The translations under genes were made by a program, and so were the position numbers. The notes beneath the pieces were generated by a model. That model was not told the origin of the DNA. It made no database searches and saw only the letters and a program-made list of their open reading frames with translations. A DNA stretch of 58,441 nt, the filler included, from Sphacelaria rigidula (lineage: Eukaryota): assembly GCA_964200075.2 (NCBI GenBank). It is 5 parts of 5 records of this genome, joined end to end, with 100 filler letters (N's around TTAATTAATTAA, not from the genome) between each part and the next. Parts side by side here need not be neighbours in the genome. Positions count along the whole stretch, not along the records: positions 35,126 to 46,733 come from CAXNAA020004713.1; positions 46,834 to 58,441 come from CAXNAA020004714.1; 3 more parts are not named here. One strand, written 5' to 3'. Positions 37,904 through 50,522 of the stretch are shown in pieces (position 1 is the first letter of the stretch; each line of letters starts with the position of its first letter).

Positions 37904-40900
37904 ATGAATGACGCTTCGGGGTACGGCGGCGGAGGTGCCGGGGGTTTCGGAGGGGGTTTTAGTATGCACCAGATGGCGCAAGGAGGTGGACGAGCAGGAA
38001 TGGGGCAGGGTGGGGGGGGCGGTGGCCAGATGGTGAGCTCAGCGTCGGTCATACTAGCGTTTCCTCTTCTTGACATGATGTGTATGTTTCTTGTTCAACG
38101 CTGTGGTTCAATTCATCGCTCAGACCCGCCATTCACGGAGATGGAAGCGATCCGCGTCATTCGTTGTTGTTGCTGTTTTGGCGTTGTCTATGAGCTGGGC
38201 CAGCTTGAAAGCGGCTAAAACTTGCTCACACCACAGCTTCCCCAGTTTCCCGAATAAACCCGATGTAAGCATATCACTGTGAAGTGTACACTAACCTGGT
38301 GACACACGGCACCGCCGCTGAATGAAGAAAAGAAAAAACGAAAAAAAATGTACTGCATAATGTATAACCTTAACGACGGACGAAAAAAAGAGAATCTGTC
38401 GGGATTCGAACTCATCACCTCAATAATTGGAGTCTCCCATCACCTGATTTATAGGGGTGCAGCAGCGTCATAGAAAATGTTGAACGCACGGCCCACTTCG
38501 ACGAGTCTTGAGCTGAAATGGCAGGAAGGTCTTCCGCATCCAAGGAACTGATACTTAACGAGTCCTGCTGCAGATTCTCCTTTTTTTCCTGGACTTCTGG
38601 CGTTGTCTTGTTTTGGCTAAAATTTCAAATGCCCATAACTTCTTCTTTTTTCCTTTTTTGTATTTGCTGGTCCCGTGATCTTTTGCATTTCGATTATATA
38701 AAGATGCTGTCAAAAATTCAGCGTCCAACTCCTAATATCGTGTCGTGCGTCACCTGATCGAGATTCACATCTACCCTTGGCTGGCCCAGCTCGTAGCGGT
38801 CCAGGATGAGGATTGTGGCGCTGTTCAGCTTCGTGTCCAAGAGGAATGTTTCATGTCACAAGCGCACGAATGCATACTCTTGACGATCCTCTTAAGATTT
38901 CGAACCCCGCCCCTCCTCGTAGAATATCTTAGCACCCTCCATGACAGCACAAGGATTGGGTACGGCGTGAGAGAAGATAAACGACCCGGGGTTCAAATCG
39001 CAACCTCGTGGGAGAGGGCGTTCGGTGAAGTCACCGAGAAGCTGACATACATGGATGTGTGTGCGCAAACTGCTAGACCGTCATGTACTGTTACAAGTGG
39101 TTGCGAGCTGGGCCAGCCTATCAGCGGATCTTTCGATTGCATTTTTTCACGAAAATGTTATTAACTCACGTATAAATATGAAAAATAGAGGCCCATTTTT
39201 TTTCTTACAGCATACCCTTCATTCTCCATACCCCATTTCAAATCACAATTCTACTAAATGAGCTGATAAACTGAGTTAACTCTTAGACAGCGGTCCCCCC
39301 CGCAGATGGACTGACATGGGCTATGCCACATCTGGGGTTCAGAACAACTCTTTTCTCGCTACACAGAATGCCTTTTTATGAATACATGGATGTTGGGCAT
39401 CTACATAAAAGATAGTCCCGGAGCCCCCCTAACAGGTTCTGACCTTGCAGTCAATTGTGTACAGTCAGTATGTGTGCGGTGTGTCTCCGCTGGATACACG
39501 GCAAGAAACAGCTAGCGTGCCATCGTTATCCATCGAACACAATCTACTGCATGCTGCTGATGTATCTGCTTAGTCTTCCACAACAACGCTACAGACTGTG
39601 GAGGTATGTTGACATTACATGAAGGATCAGGCAGGGAACAAGACCACTAGCAGAGTAAAGAGCACATTATATTTGCCCATGTTATCTGTGGTTGAGTTGT
39701 CACGTACAAAATGATGAATACAGCTAAACAGCGAAGTAGTCCACCCGTAGGGGAACAGAGTGACCATTTGATAGCCGTGAGCTTTCCGGCTGTCCTGCGC
39801 ACAGGCCCCCACTCCCTCTCGAAAACCACCCCCCTCGCCCCCTGGAAATCCTCGAACATCCCTGGACTGTCAGCCTGTGAAGCTGTTCCGAGGCGACGCT
39901 CGCTGTCTAAGGATTGAGGACCAAATGCTGTATCCATTTTGCACTAAAACGCCCTTAACTCATGAAGAGAATTCCAAGGTCCTCAACGCTCCTTTTTTGT
40001 CATGCCCTTGCAATGCTCCATACCAATTTCAGAGCACAGCTCCCAAAGTGAGGCGCGAAATCCAAATTTGGTGCGTCCAGTGCCTATTTTTTTTTTTCCC
40101 TCACACTTCGAACCCCTCCTCTTCCTCGGGATGAGTCCGTGGTCTCAAGGGATCAACCCATCTCTCCCCCGGTACATGCCTTTCATTTTGTTCTCGCGGA
40201 TTGGGTCAGCACTTCCGCACCGCGTCAACTGACGTCACAAAAACCCAGTCGACTCCTTTGTTTACTCAAGTTCTCCCGCTTTCTACGGTGGGAATCATAC
40301 ATCACGAACAAAAAACCCAACGCATCGGGAATCGAACCTCTCAACCCTCATGGCGACAGTCGGACAAGTACACCACCGGGGTGCGGCAGTGGTTATATTG
40401 AGTTCAGTGATGAGTCCCATGCACGCCATACCTCTAGATGAAAGACGGATTTGGTAAACGTGAGGGTATCGATCGCTTCCCCGTGCTCCAGGGAAAGTCC
40501 ACACCATAAATCGTCGTCATCCGCTGTGCATACCGTTCGGGGTTCAAAGACTGTTTATAGTATGGACCCCATCTCCGCACGGTGCAGGAATTACGCGACA
40601 TGGCGTTTAATCAGCCAGAGAATTGTCCCAGGCTTCTGAGCAGGTGGGCTTCTTCCCCTTGATAGGACGATCAATTAAGGTACGCGGATGATAGCCCAAT
40701 CGTCTGTGTCGATGAGATATGACCTGTGAGGGCTGGAATCCGTTTTTAGGCTGGTCCAGTTCGTACCTCTATTTTTTACGTCGCATAGTGACATGGTACA
40801 AGAGAAGAAGAAGCAGGCTACTGTAACCGCAGCGTGCCCAAAAGCCCCCCCCCCCTGTGTGGCACAACTCACCCCCTCTCATTGCAGTATAAATGCCAAG

Positions 40901-41738
40901 TATGAGAGTAGTAAAAACGAAACAGGGTTAAAAACACAGTCTCCCAAGGGAGGGGTTGGTGATGTCGACGGCAGTGTTTGTGCGAAAAAAGATGAAGGCG
41001 TCACGTATGCGTGTGTAAACACATGCCATTTCGCTGGGTGCTAAACTATTCAATTGTCCATGTTTTCTTGTGAGAAATTCAAAAATAGGTGGCAGCTTCA
41101 GCTTCTATCTCGACATCTGTATTCAGACCCCCCTTCTGTCTCGAAATGCATGCGTGGTGAATGGTCAAACGACTAGGGCAAGACACAGATGAGTACACCC
41201 GCCCCTCCGCTCCCCGTGTCTCTCACTCTTTTATATATTCAAGCCCCGTCTGTCCCTGCCCCGTCTGTCCCTGCCCCCCCCCCCTTCTCCCCTCCCCGCG
41301 CGCGCAAAACACGCGGACAGCCGACGGCATACAGCACATTGTCTCGGAGTGTTGCCTCAGCCGGAGGCGGCGGTGGGGGCGGAATGGGACTTGGAGGAGC
41401 AGGAGGCCTTGGCATGCCGGGCGGAGGCGCCGGTGGCGCAGGGCCTCCTGTCGGACAACAACAGTCTCTCGGCGGGCTGGGGGGCGTTCCGGTTGGAGCA
41501 GGCGGTGGTGGCAACGGAGGGATTGGGGGGGGCGCGCGGGAGGCGGGCATATATATGCAGCAACAGCCGCAACAGCAGCAGCAGCCGCAACAACAACAGC
41601 AGCAGGGGGTTGGGATGGGGGCACAAGGAGGAGGTGGCGGAGGTGGCGTTGGCGGTGGGCAGGGGCCGGCGAGGTCTGCGATACCGGACGGGATGTCGTA
41701 TGCCGCGGGGGATATTCTGTCGATTGTTGGAAACAAAG
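37904..41738 (+). CDS. Gly/Gln/Met-rich low-complexity protein (N-terminal part of an unknown gene)
   Basis: Exon 37893-38032 (ATG at 37904, pyrimidine-rich CAG acceptor, GTGAGC donor) joins in phase 0 to exon 41321-41738 (CAG acceptor, GTGTGT donor). Both are GC-rich, with poly-Gly and a QQQPQQQQQPQQQQQQ tract. No globular domain is visible. Confidence 0.65.
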
Positions 41739-42912
41739 GTGTGTTTATGCGTATGCACATGGCGGTGCTCCCTTCATCCCACCTCTATGTTTTGCTGTGC
41801 TTTGGATTTCCCAGTCTAGGTAGAGGCCCCACGGATAATTTCTGTCTCGTCTAAAGCATAGGGATGACAGCAGTTCGTTCCAATGACGTTCAAATCATGA
41901 CACGCACTGTTACGTACAGCGGGTACCCTTCAAAAGCTCCGTTGGGAAGGGAGGCTAAAAGCTCACCACCCCGCTGGCCACGCTACTAGTATTGCTTCGG
42001 TCAGGGGGGGAAAGGCTGGGAGTATAGGTTGACCAGATTGTTCGCCGGGAGAAGCAGCTTCGGGGCGTTGTGCCTGAGGTTGTGCAGGGGGCTTAAAATA
42101 TTTATGTCGATGCGTCGATACTTGGTAGCGCGTTGGTGGCTTTACAAAACGGTTGCCTCCCAAAAATCCATGACAAAATGTTTGTTGTTGCCCTGCCGAT
42201 CACGCCCATAAAAACCTCTTGTTTGAAAATAAAATAGGGCTTGCATGCATGCATACATACATAGTCCACCCACATGCACATGACTTCCGCGAGGCGGTCT
42301 AGCCAATCCTTGGAGTTATCGGCAGACGAATCCGTTCGTGGGGGTAAGTGTTGGATAAGGTTTTCTCCTTTCTTCAGGGAAAAAGAAGAAAACGTGATCT
42401 AGGGCGGAATGGTTTCCCGGAGAGATTTTGTCACTGCTCTTCCTCCAGTGTTTGCGTGATGGATTAAATACAACGATACGGCCATTTTGGTAGTGAGCTA
42501 CTGCTGTTGCTGTGTCGATGCTCGTCCTAACATGTGTGGGGCGGTCTATTTTTTACGCCGGTCTGTTGGGAAATTGACTCGTTGAAGAGCATACCGGATG
42601 TCGGAGGTGCTACGTAGCGCCGATGGGAATCATTTGAGTAAGCATTTTGATCACGGTATGATCCAATTTTCGGCTTTTCAACAAGGATCCTGGTCCATAT
42701 CTGTCATTATTTATTTTTAGTTCGCGCCGTTTTGTTGTGTCTTCCTGGAATACTCTATATTCGGTACCATGTCAGAACACTAGGGTAGTTCTCTGGTGCG
42801 ATCGCTTGGTGTGGTTCCATGCACTGCCTCCGACGTGAGAACAGCAAATCATGGACAATGCCTGTGATGGAGACGAGCGTGTCCTCACATGCAGCGGAAA
42901 GGTACTGTAGTA

Positions 42913-44138
42913 GAGCAATGCTACGGTAGGGTTGCACTTTTTGCGTGGTGTCTTGTCTGATTCAGGGGCTCCCAAAGATTCGACATGCACAAGAATATGG
43001 GTCAGGGCACCCCCGTTCGCAAATTCATTCGGGATACCCGCAGCACATTGGGATAGTGATCCTTGCTTAGGCCGGATGATATGACAAATAGATTTTTGGC
43101 CCACGGATTTTCACTTTTGGGATGTTTGACCCACTTTTTGACCCCCAAACAGGGAAATCGCCAACACTCGTCTCGGACACGTTGCATCACCCAACAGAGA
43201 GGAGCCGAGCCTACTTTTCAGAGTCGCTTGGCTCCGAAGTTTCGAGAGCGGCCGCTGAACAATAATTCGTGTGCAATAATCTGTGCTTGCCGACCTCCGC
43301 CAGTTTGCCCAATAATCTATAGAGATCGCCGTAGATTTCATTGCACACGGAATATTGTTCAGCGGCCGCTCTCGGAACCTCGGAGCCAAGCGAATCTGAA
43401 AAGTGGGCTAGTCTCCTTTCTGTGGGGTGATGCAAAGTGTCCCAGACGTGTGTTGGCGATTTTCCCTGTTTGGGTGTCAAAAAGTGGCTCAAACGTCCCA
43501 AAAGTGAATAATCCGTGGGCCAAAAATCTGGCAAAAAGTATATCCACCACAAGCCGTGGAAATAAGAATCCACCCCGACCTTCGATTATGACCGATCCCG
43601 CGTCGTTTCTTTAATTTGGGAGCCCGCGTTTTTTCAATCTGAGGCCCGTTACCGACGTTCGCAACCATAGTAGTAAAGCCTTCACATGTACCGTAGTGCA
43701 GGCCGTAGTCAGTAGTCATACCCTCAGCATCTGCATCCACTGCCATGTACGTGCATCTACATGTAGCCTTGAACCCTGCCGTGAAGACGGTGTAATACTT
43801 TACCGTATTGGTAAAGCACAGCTACCTACTGTACTCGCGAGTACAGCCCGTACTTGCTGCAATGCGTGAGAGGACCGCTTCTGCGTTTGAATATCCCTTT
43901 GGTTAGGGTTAGGGTTGGGGTTAGTTTACGTTTTCTTCCTTTTGCCTGTATAATGCACATTACCCCTGAAACACGTGCTGAATACTCACGACTTCTACCT
44001 GTCGGCAATGCCGGCGTCCTTCTATGGGTTGGTTGGCTTGGCTTCATCTGACGGTGGTTGTCGTTGAAGACAATCCCCGACCAAGACCACCCCTGCGGAA
44101 ACCTTGGACAAAAGTGCACCCCCACCATGGCATCACTC
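42913..44138. mobile_element. Degenerate TIR element (terminus GAGCAATGCTACGGTAGGG-TGCAC) enclosing the foldback; related ends at ~31730-31875 and 58427-58441
   Basis: Left GAGCAATGCTACGGTAGGGTTGCACTTTT pairs with right AAAAGTGCACCCCCACCATGGCATCACTC. Positions 42913-43058 match ~31731-31875 in reverse orientation. The superfamily is uncertain (possibly PIF/Harbinger). Confidence 0.5.
43090..43529. repeat. Foldback element: ~190-bp inverted arms with ~50-bp spacer
   Basis: 43090-43282 (AGATTTTTGGCCCACGGATT...GCGGCCGCTGAACAATA...TGTGCAAT) is the imperfect reverse complement of 43333-43529. Confidence 0.9.
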
Positions 44139-44600
44139 AACGGGGGTTCGACATTGGATTGTTCCGCATCAAGCGTCAAGGGTCCAGCCGCATATAACTC
44201 AGTCACCCTTCTTCATTTACCTCGATGGACCACCCGTCAACCTACGCGCTACGGCCAAAAAAACGGAAAACTTCAGAACCACGAGGTACCAACGAAGCAG
44301 ACGGGACAAGAAAATCAGAAAACACCTGAAGTAGTCAACCAGTGACTGGTTCGGGGCAAACCCGTCCTTCATGTGCTATGATACTATGAAGATACTACCC
44401 GAGGACGTCTCACACCTACGCTGTTCAAGTCGACCGAAACACGGAAGATGAAGTGTGAAGCTGTGCACCGCTGCTCCGCGCGTCATTGGCGCAAACAATT
44501 TCCGTCGCCGCCTTCGAAGCGCCCACCGTCTCATTTGATGCCCCATATTCCTCTGCGACTGTAAAGTACAGGCCTCATTTGTACAGTCAAATTGTATATA

Positions 44601-45976
44601 CAGTAGTGGTCCCGATATAGTGCCTGATGAATAGTCCCGGGGTCCCGGTATAGGGCCGATAAATTCTGCTCGGCCGGACGGACCCCGATATAGTGCCAGT
44701 ACCGGCACTATATCGGGAGATCGTTATATAGTGCCGATTGGGGTGAGTAGGTGAGTGAATAGTGCCGGTTTCCACAGAAGACTCCAACAAACACTAAAAA
44801 TGCACAGCTACAGATGTGGGCACACAGGCAGACGCCTCTACCCCCACCAGCGATACCCCTACAGTAGTGCCAATCCACCAGTTGGAGCGCGCGATGCCAT
44901 GTGCAGCGGGAAAATACTGCAAGTTACCAGGCCTCACTCTAGGACCCTCGACGGGTCATGGATGCCATGGAGGGTGCGGTGGTCGGTTGCATGGCATTTG
45001 TGGTTCACTGGAAGAGGAGGGTACCAATAAAGAGCGGCAATGCAGACGTCCTTTTCCATTTGCAAAAAGCAAAGATGGCGGTAATCGAAGCGTATGCGTC
45101 GCAGCCAGCCCAGCAGACAGACTTGAGAGCTTTTTGTGAGAGGGTCTGATTTGCAGGGGGATGCTGAGGATCCCGTATAGCATGGATTTTCGCGGTTCGG
45201 TTCCGCAGCGGTAGCGGTGCGTGCTCTTGGATGCTCTTGCTTCAGAAGCAGCAGCAGGTTTTATTTCAAGAGCAGGTGTTCGAGTTTGGCGTTTTCTCTG
45301 TAGAATCCATCCGCAACCAAGCCTGCGTGTGGATGGGATGCGCGGACTTTGTTGTCATGGAGTGACAGCAACAGCACATGCGAGAGAGCGGTTTACGCGT
45401 GAATATCTTTCTTTTCTGTTGAGGGTGTGGTTCGGGTGTAGGCTGGGTACGTTCTGCACTGACGTGAGAATGTCAACAAGAGGATTTTGTTGTTGTTGAG
45501 TTTTCTCGAACTTATTTTTCTTCACTTGATGCGTGCTCGATATCTTTTCCAGCTTCACCGCCGAATGATTGTGCGAGTCAAGTGCAGGCGCTGGGTAGAA
45601 GGGTGGTCCGAACGACAACCAGGGTCTTCGGAATACACTGTACTGTACGACAAGACAAGGCCGACCGGATCGAACCAAAAAGTTTCGTGAGTCGTACGCA
45701 TGCCGCAACCCTAACGAACACACACGCGTCTGATGCTCTACGGCATCATCCTGTCCAAACCTGCTACTCATGTGGTGCCTGTGGGTGAAGATGGCCCATT
45801 CTTTACGCGTGCATGCACTCTATAACTCAATGTTCTCGTGCATAGTGCTGATACCGCCACAATGGAGGAATCCCGGCGCCTATAAAGGGCCGCTAGTGGC
45901 ACTATATAGGGCAAAAACTGTATTGTGCCGGTGAATCCGTCTGGGCCGTAACGGCACTATATCGGCACCACTACTG
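44601..45976 (+). mobile_element. Non-autonomous Tc1/mariner(pogo)-type DNA transposon
   Basis: TIRs CAGTAGTGGTCCCGATATAGTGCC / GGCACTATATCGGCACCACTACTG, flanked by TA on both sides (44599-44600, 45977-45978). Several subterminal ATAGTGCC/GGCACTAT motifs. Internal Cys/His-rich ORF remnant at 44895-45050. No DDE domain seen. Confidence 0.8.
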
Positions 45977-46222
45977 TACTGGTGTAAGAGTGAAACGGTG
46001 ATTTCTTGCTGGACACCTATGGGAATTGGTGAATCCGTCTGGGCCGTAACGGCACTATATCGGCACCACTACTGTAATGGTGTAAGAGTGAAACGGTGAT
46101 TTCTTGCTGGACACCTATGGGAATTGGTGAATCCGTCTGGGCCGTAACGGCACTATATCGGCACCACTACGGTAATGGTGTAAGAGTGAAACGGTGATTT
46201 TTTGCTGGACACCTATGGGAAT
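45931..46222 (+). repeat. Three-copy 98-bp tandem repeat containing the transposon right TIR plus flanking DNA
   Basis: Units start at 45931, 46029 and 46127 (GTGAATCCGTCTGGGCCGTAACGGCACTATATCGGCACCACTAC...GGACACCTATGGGAATT) and are near-identical. Confidence 0.95.
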
Positions 46223-46457
46223 TTTTCCCTTTTATGTGGTGGTTTCCCCCTAACCCCCCCCCCCCATGAACCTCTTGGAAGATTTGTGGGAGTAACTTTT
46301 CACGCCGGCTAGCGGTTGGAACCTTGCCTTTTAAGTCTCATATCTTCCACGTTTGTTAGGTCATCCAACGAATAGTCAGCGCATGAGATTTTCTGTGGAA
46401 TTTCGGACTCTGCTTCAGAGGGTATCCCCCATTTTTTTGGCTCCCACCATTTTGGTG

Positions 46458-46522
46458 GGATCCGAGATTTGAACCCGGGACCTTCTGATCGTGAAGCGTA
46501 CGAGCTATCTCACTGGTGTTAG
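46458..46522 (-). mobile_element. tRNA-derived SINE head or tRNA pseudogene fragment
   Basis: The minus strand reads ...CGCTTCACGATCAGAAGGTCCCGGGTTCAAATCTCGGA, with a B-box (GGTTCAAATC) and a T-arm. No intact acceptor or anticodon stems. Confidence 0.35.
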
Positions 46523-46733
46523 CAATGTGAAATGGTGATTCCTTGACGGACACTTGAGGGAATTTGTCCCTTCTCTGTGGTGGTTCTCATGTGAGCATAT
46601 TTCTCATGAAAACTCACAATACTAAAATTGGTATGAAAATAGCCGGTAACGACAGATACTTTCTACGACAGCCCCCCCCCCCCCCCCCCCCCCCCAACCC
46701 CACACACCAAACAACCAAGCAAAACCAAAAACA

Positions 46734-46833
46734 NNNNNNNNNNNNNNNNNNNNNNNNNNNNNNNNNNNNNNNNNNNNTTAATTAATTAANNNNNNNNNNN
46801 NNNNNNNNNNNNNNNNNNNNNNNNNNNNNNNNN
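46734..46833. other. Artificial contig-join spacer
   Basis: Same N44-TTAATTAATTAA-N44 structure. Confidence 0.97.
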
Positions 46834-47819
46834 CCCCCCCGTCTCCCCCCTCCCTCGTGTGAGTCTTTAGCGTACCACGAACCCCCCCCCCCCCCCCCCC
46901 CCCACAGGAAAAGGATAATGTACGGTAATAGTAGAATGAACCAGGGTTCAAATCACGCTTTCGTGAGGAAGGGGTTGGTAAAGTCATCCTCTAGTAGTGC
47001 TTGTGCAAGAAAATAACACCTGGCATATGTCTGTAAAAAAGTCAACGCACTGTGTAGTGAACTGTACAGCTTTAGGTCAGGGTTACGTCGGGAAATAAGC
47101 AATGAAACATGAGTCGCAGTCTCTATCATCATGCGGTATTTTTCATCATTTTTGGCGTGGTCATATGGCCAACAGTTGTACAGAGGGGCGACGACAAAGG
47201 CCACTGAGCAGCATGAAACTGATGACAGTTACTGTATCATCACATTATACTCTGTAATATTGTGTATCACTGTAGCTGCACCGTCCGTGACTTTCTTCGG
47301 TGAAACGCACAGGCCCAGCAGATTGTATAGTAGGAACCAGTTTTATCTTTGACACGAGGTAGTTTTATACCGAAGGACTGCAGCTTTTTCTTTCAAGTAC
47401 GCTATACACATTGGGTCCGCGAATCTGCTCGAGCACATCCCACAAGTAACACACTCGAACGCTCAGCTACAGCGTGTCATCAGTAATCGGATCTCTCACT
47501 CTGTTCAACAGCAGGAAAAGCGATGCAGCCTGAACTTGATCCGACTTCCACCGCAACCCCGTACCGGTCCAATAATGGTTGTTTACAGATCCTTCTAATC
47601 CATGGTATGTTCCAAGACAATCTAAAATGATGCACTGGTGGACGTGGATTCCGTGGCTGGCCGGGATGTGCCGTTTAACGGATAGGTCCCCAGGCGGGTT
47701 TCACCAGCGAGGTGCTGGAGGCAAGGATCGCGGAGCGCTGGACTTGGAAATAAGCGATCGTCAACCGGAGGAAAGGTGTCCGTATACACTGTAGCATGTA
47801 TTCCATTATAGGGCCGAAG

Positions 47820-48550
47820 TTAATTACAGTAGGGCGGCGCGCACTTTGCGCCAACCTGACAGAGGCTTTCAGTGGGTTCAACTCCCGCACTGCCTTGAGA
47901 AAGGCTTTCCGAAAGCCCGAGGCGCCTACCCCGCATGACTGCCGCGAGGCGGTCTAGCTGAGCCTCCTCCGGGTGCTCGTCACGTTCAGGAACACGCTCG
48001 CGGGGTAAGTGTTGGATGGGGTGCCCTCCTCCCTTCAGTGGAAAAAAAAGTGTGCTCGTAGCCTGTATGGATTGTGTGCGATGTCCAGATGTGTAGCCAT
48101 ATGCCTGGTATATGTGGACTGGGAGATGGATGCTGTAGAAGACCAAGGACCTTGAGGAGGTGTAGTATCTGCGCACAACGTGGACATGTATGCTATCAGT
48201 TGTACAGCGTATGATGTATATTGGTCGTGTTAGAGAGGTTGTGTAGTGTGTATTCCGGTTCAGTTCGTGCGCACTTGGAACGATAAAGTTTACGCGAGCT
48301 TGTCTCAAGAATCCATAGTTCCTGTGTGCTTGTTTCAATGTCCACATTGGCGCAAGGATCTCTGGGGAGGGGCTGACAGCGTCGAGGACTCCCAGCGTGT
48401 TACAGCAGTCGAGCTCTGCGTGACAAGGGACTTTTCTATGTGGGCGGTGTTTCTCAACCAAAAACAAGTATTCAGGATCTTCCCCCACCACCCCAGAATC
48501 TGACCAACTAGCGGCCAACTGACGACTGGGCACTGAAAAGCGTAGCATCT
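47820..48550 (-). mobile_element. Probable LINE 3' remnant; related shorter copy at ~42280-42400
   Basis: ATGACT(G/T)CCGCGAGGCGGTCTAGC...GGGGTAAGTGTTGGAT is shared between ~47936-48050 and ~42279-42390 in different contigs. A degenerate minus-strand ORF covers it. The LINE assignment is inference. Confidence 0.45.
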
Positions 48551-50257
48551 AGAATGCCAAGGGTGTCCGTTCATTGAGTAGGCATCATGTTTACGTGATG
48601 AATGCCTGCTAGATTGGCTGTCCATCGGTTGGCGGCTGAAGGCTTGATATCTGTGCTGATCACAGGGACCCGGCCTATCCTCGCTGATGGGAGGTTCGTG
48701 TTTCTGCCACCGCCCCCATTCGGTATACTCGTCGTGTGTAAATGTTCAGATTGCTCCGGGTCATGTATATGGAAACAGACATGCCGTGTACGGCCGTGTT
48801 TACGGACGCATGGGAGAACGTTTCTGCAGAAACACACACACACACAATCTGTATGGTGCGCATTTAGGATAAATTATTCTCCTTCATTTTCCCGTACTGA
48901 ATATCGCATGACGAGAGCGAGCGCGATGAGCTCCAACTGGAACCCTAGCGCGCCTATACGAACGAACGACTCTATTTAATGCCTCTCTCCCTCCCGGGCT
49001 CCGAGTCTCGCTTCCGAGTGTGTGCTTGTCCACCGCATTTATTTTTTTTCACGTTTGTTGAACGCTTTCGAAACTCAAATACGAGTATTTATCTTCGGAA
49101 GGAATACCCCATCTTTATATCGTACACAATACTGTAGGGTGACATACCTCCTTGGTGAACATATCCATATGTGTACACTTATAAGGTCCGAAGTGTTCTT
49201 CTCGCCCCCCTCCCGGTACTTGCTGTTTCTCTTTACACTCCCAACCTCCCCCCTTCCTCGGAATGAGTCCAGAGGTCTCCAGGGAATACCTGACATCTTA
49301 CTTGGATCACGCTTTGCAGTTTGGTGTGGCGGATTGGATCATAACCAACACTCCCGCACCGCGTGGACTTTCGTCAGAAAAAGCATTTTTGCCACTCACG
49401 TTCTCATGTTTTCTACGGCGGAAATCAGATGCTGTTCTCAAAAGGAACCCAAATGTATCTGCTGGAAATCGAGTCTGCCTCTTTCCGACCCCATGGTCTC
49501 AGGTGTAACAATTGGGCCACCGAGGCGGGGTGACAATACTGTGCGCAGCAGAAGAAATGTGGAAAGGAGTGGAATGAAGACCCCTGTCTGTATGCTTTCA
49601 TCTGGGTTGTACATATTATACTTATTTCACTTATACACATATACTTTGAAGCACATGTACTATTAATAGTGTTTTTCCCGGGGTGTTTTGCTGACGCATT
49701 GAAAAATATTGTAGTAGGAATGTGGATGGCCGCTGCATTGTTGTTTCCGGAGAGGCGAAGTTTATCGTTGAGATGATCAGACGTTTCCCTGTGTTGTCCA
49801 TTCCGTGTTGGTACATGAACATTCTAGAAAAAAATATATATGTGTAGGTTTTGCTGCATTCCAACAGGTCATTTGGTTTCAAAGCAACGATTTTTTTACG
49901 ATCACTGCAACAAAACTGTAATGGAGCCTAAACGTAACCAACGATGTCTACACAACAAACACAGACGTATACAATGAGTAAATATACATTTTACGAATGC
50001 AGATCCAGGGTCACCACCTCGAGCAAAGGCAGAGCAGCAGCAGTACGTCCACTTTCTCAAGATTCAGAGGGTGGAGGAGTCTCGACTACAGCACGCATGG
50101 ATTGGCTGCAGGAACCCAAGCCGGACAACGATTCAGACAGGAGCTCGAAGAGTTTGCCGGACAGCGGGTCGGACAGGGACTCTGACAGTCAGAGTTGAAC
50201 AAGTGAGCGCGGATAAATATGACGACGATGAAGAAGGGCACGGCATCGACGATATCA

Positions 50258-50314
<57 letters not shown>
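50258..50314. repeat. (GAT)n trinucleotide microsatellite
   Basis: Uninterrupted ATG/GAT run of about 18 units. Confidence 0.95.
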
Positions 50315-50522
50315 GCGACGACCCTTGCGACGACAGCCCCGTGTCCGAGATCTTTCCGGGGGATTTGCCCCGTGATTTTCTGCTCACAACTTGGTTTGCA
50401 GCGAAATACCGAATCTGCGTCGCAATGATGGGGAGATCGTTCTTTACGCGGTAGAGGTCGACGTGCACTGGTATTCTCCGATGAGTAAGCAAATCTGTAG
50501 TAGCGCTCCCGTTTCTTTGTTT

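Noticed and set aside
41161..41823. Overlapping Arg-rich, Cys-rich and Pro-rich ORFs on both strands
   Set aside because: They are shadows of the GC-rich Gly/Gln exon. Only one frame joins the upstream exon in phase.
45931..46222. Possible CRISPR-like array
   Set aside because: The units are near-identical over their full 98 bp with no unique spacers, there are no cas genes, and the context is eukaryotic.
46458..46522. Functional tRNA gene
   Set aside because: Only the T-arm/B-box is recognisable and a cloverleaf cannot be formed.
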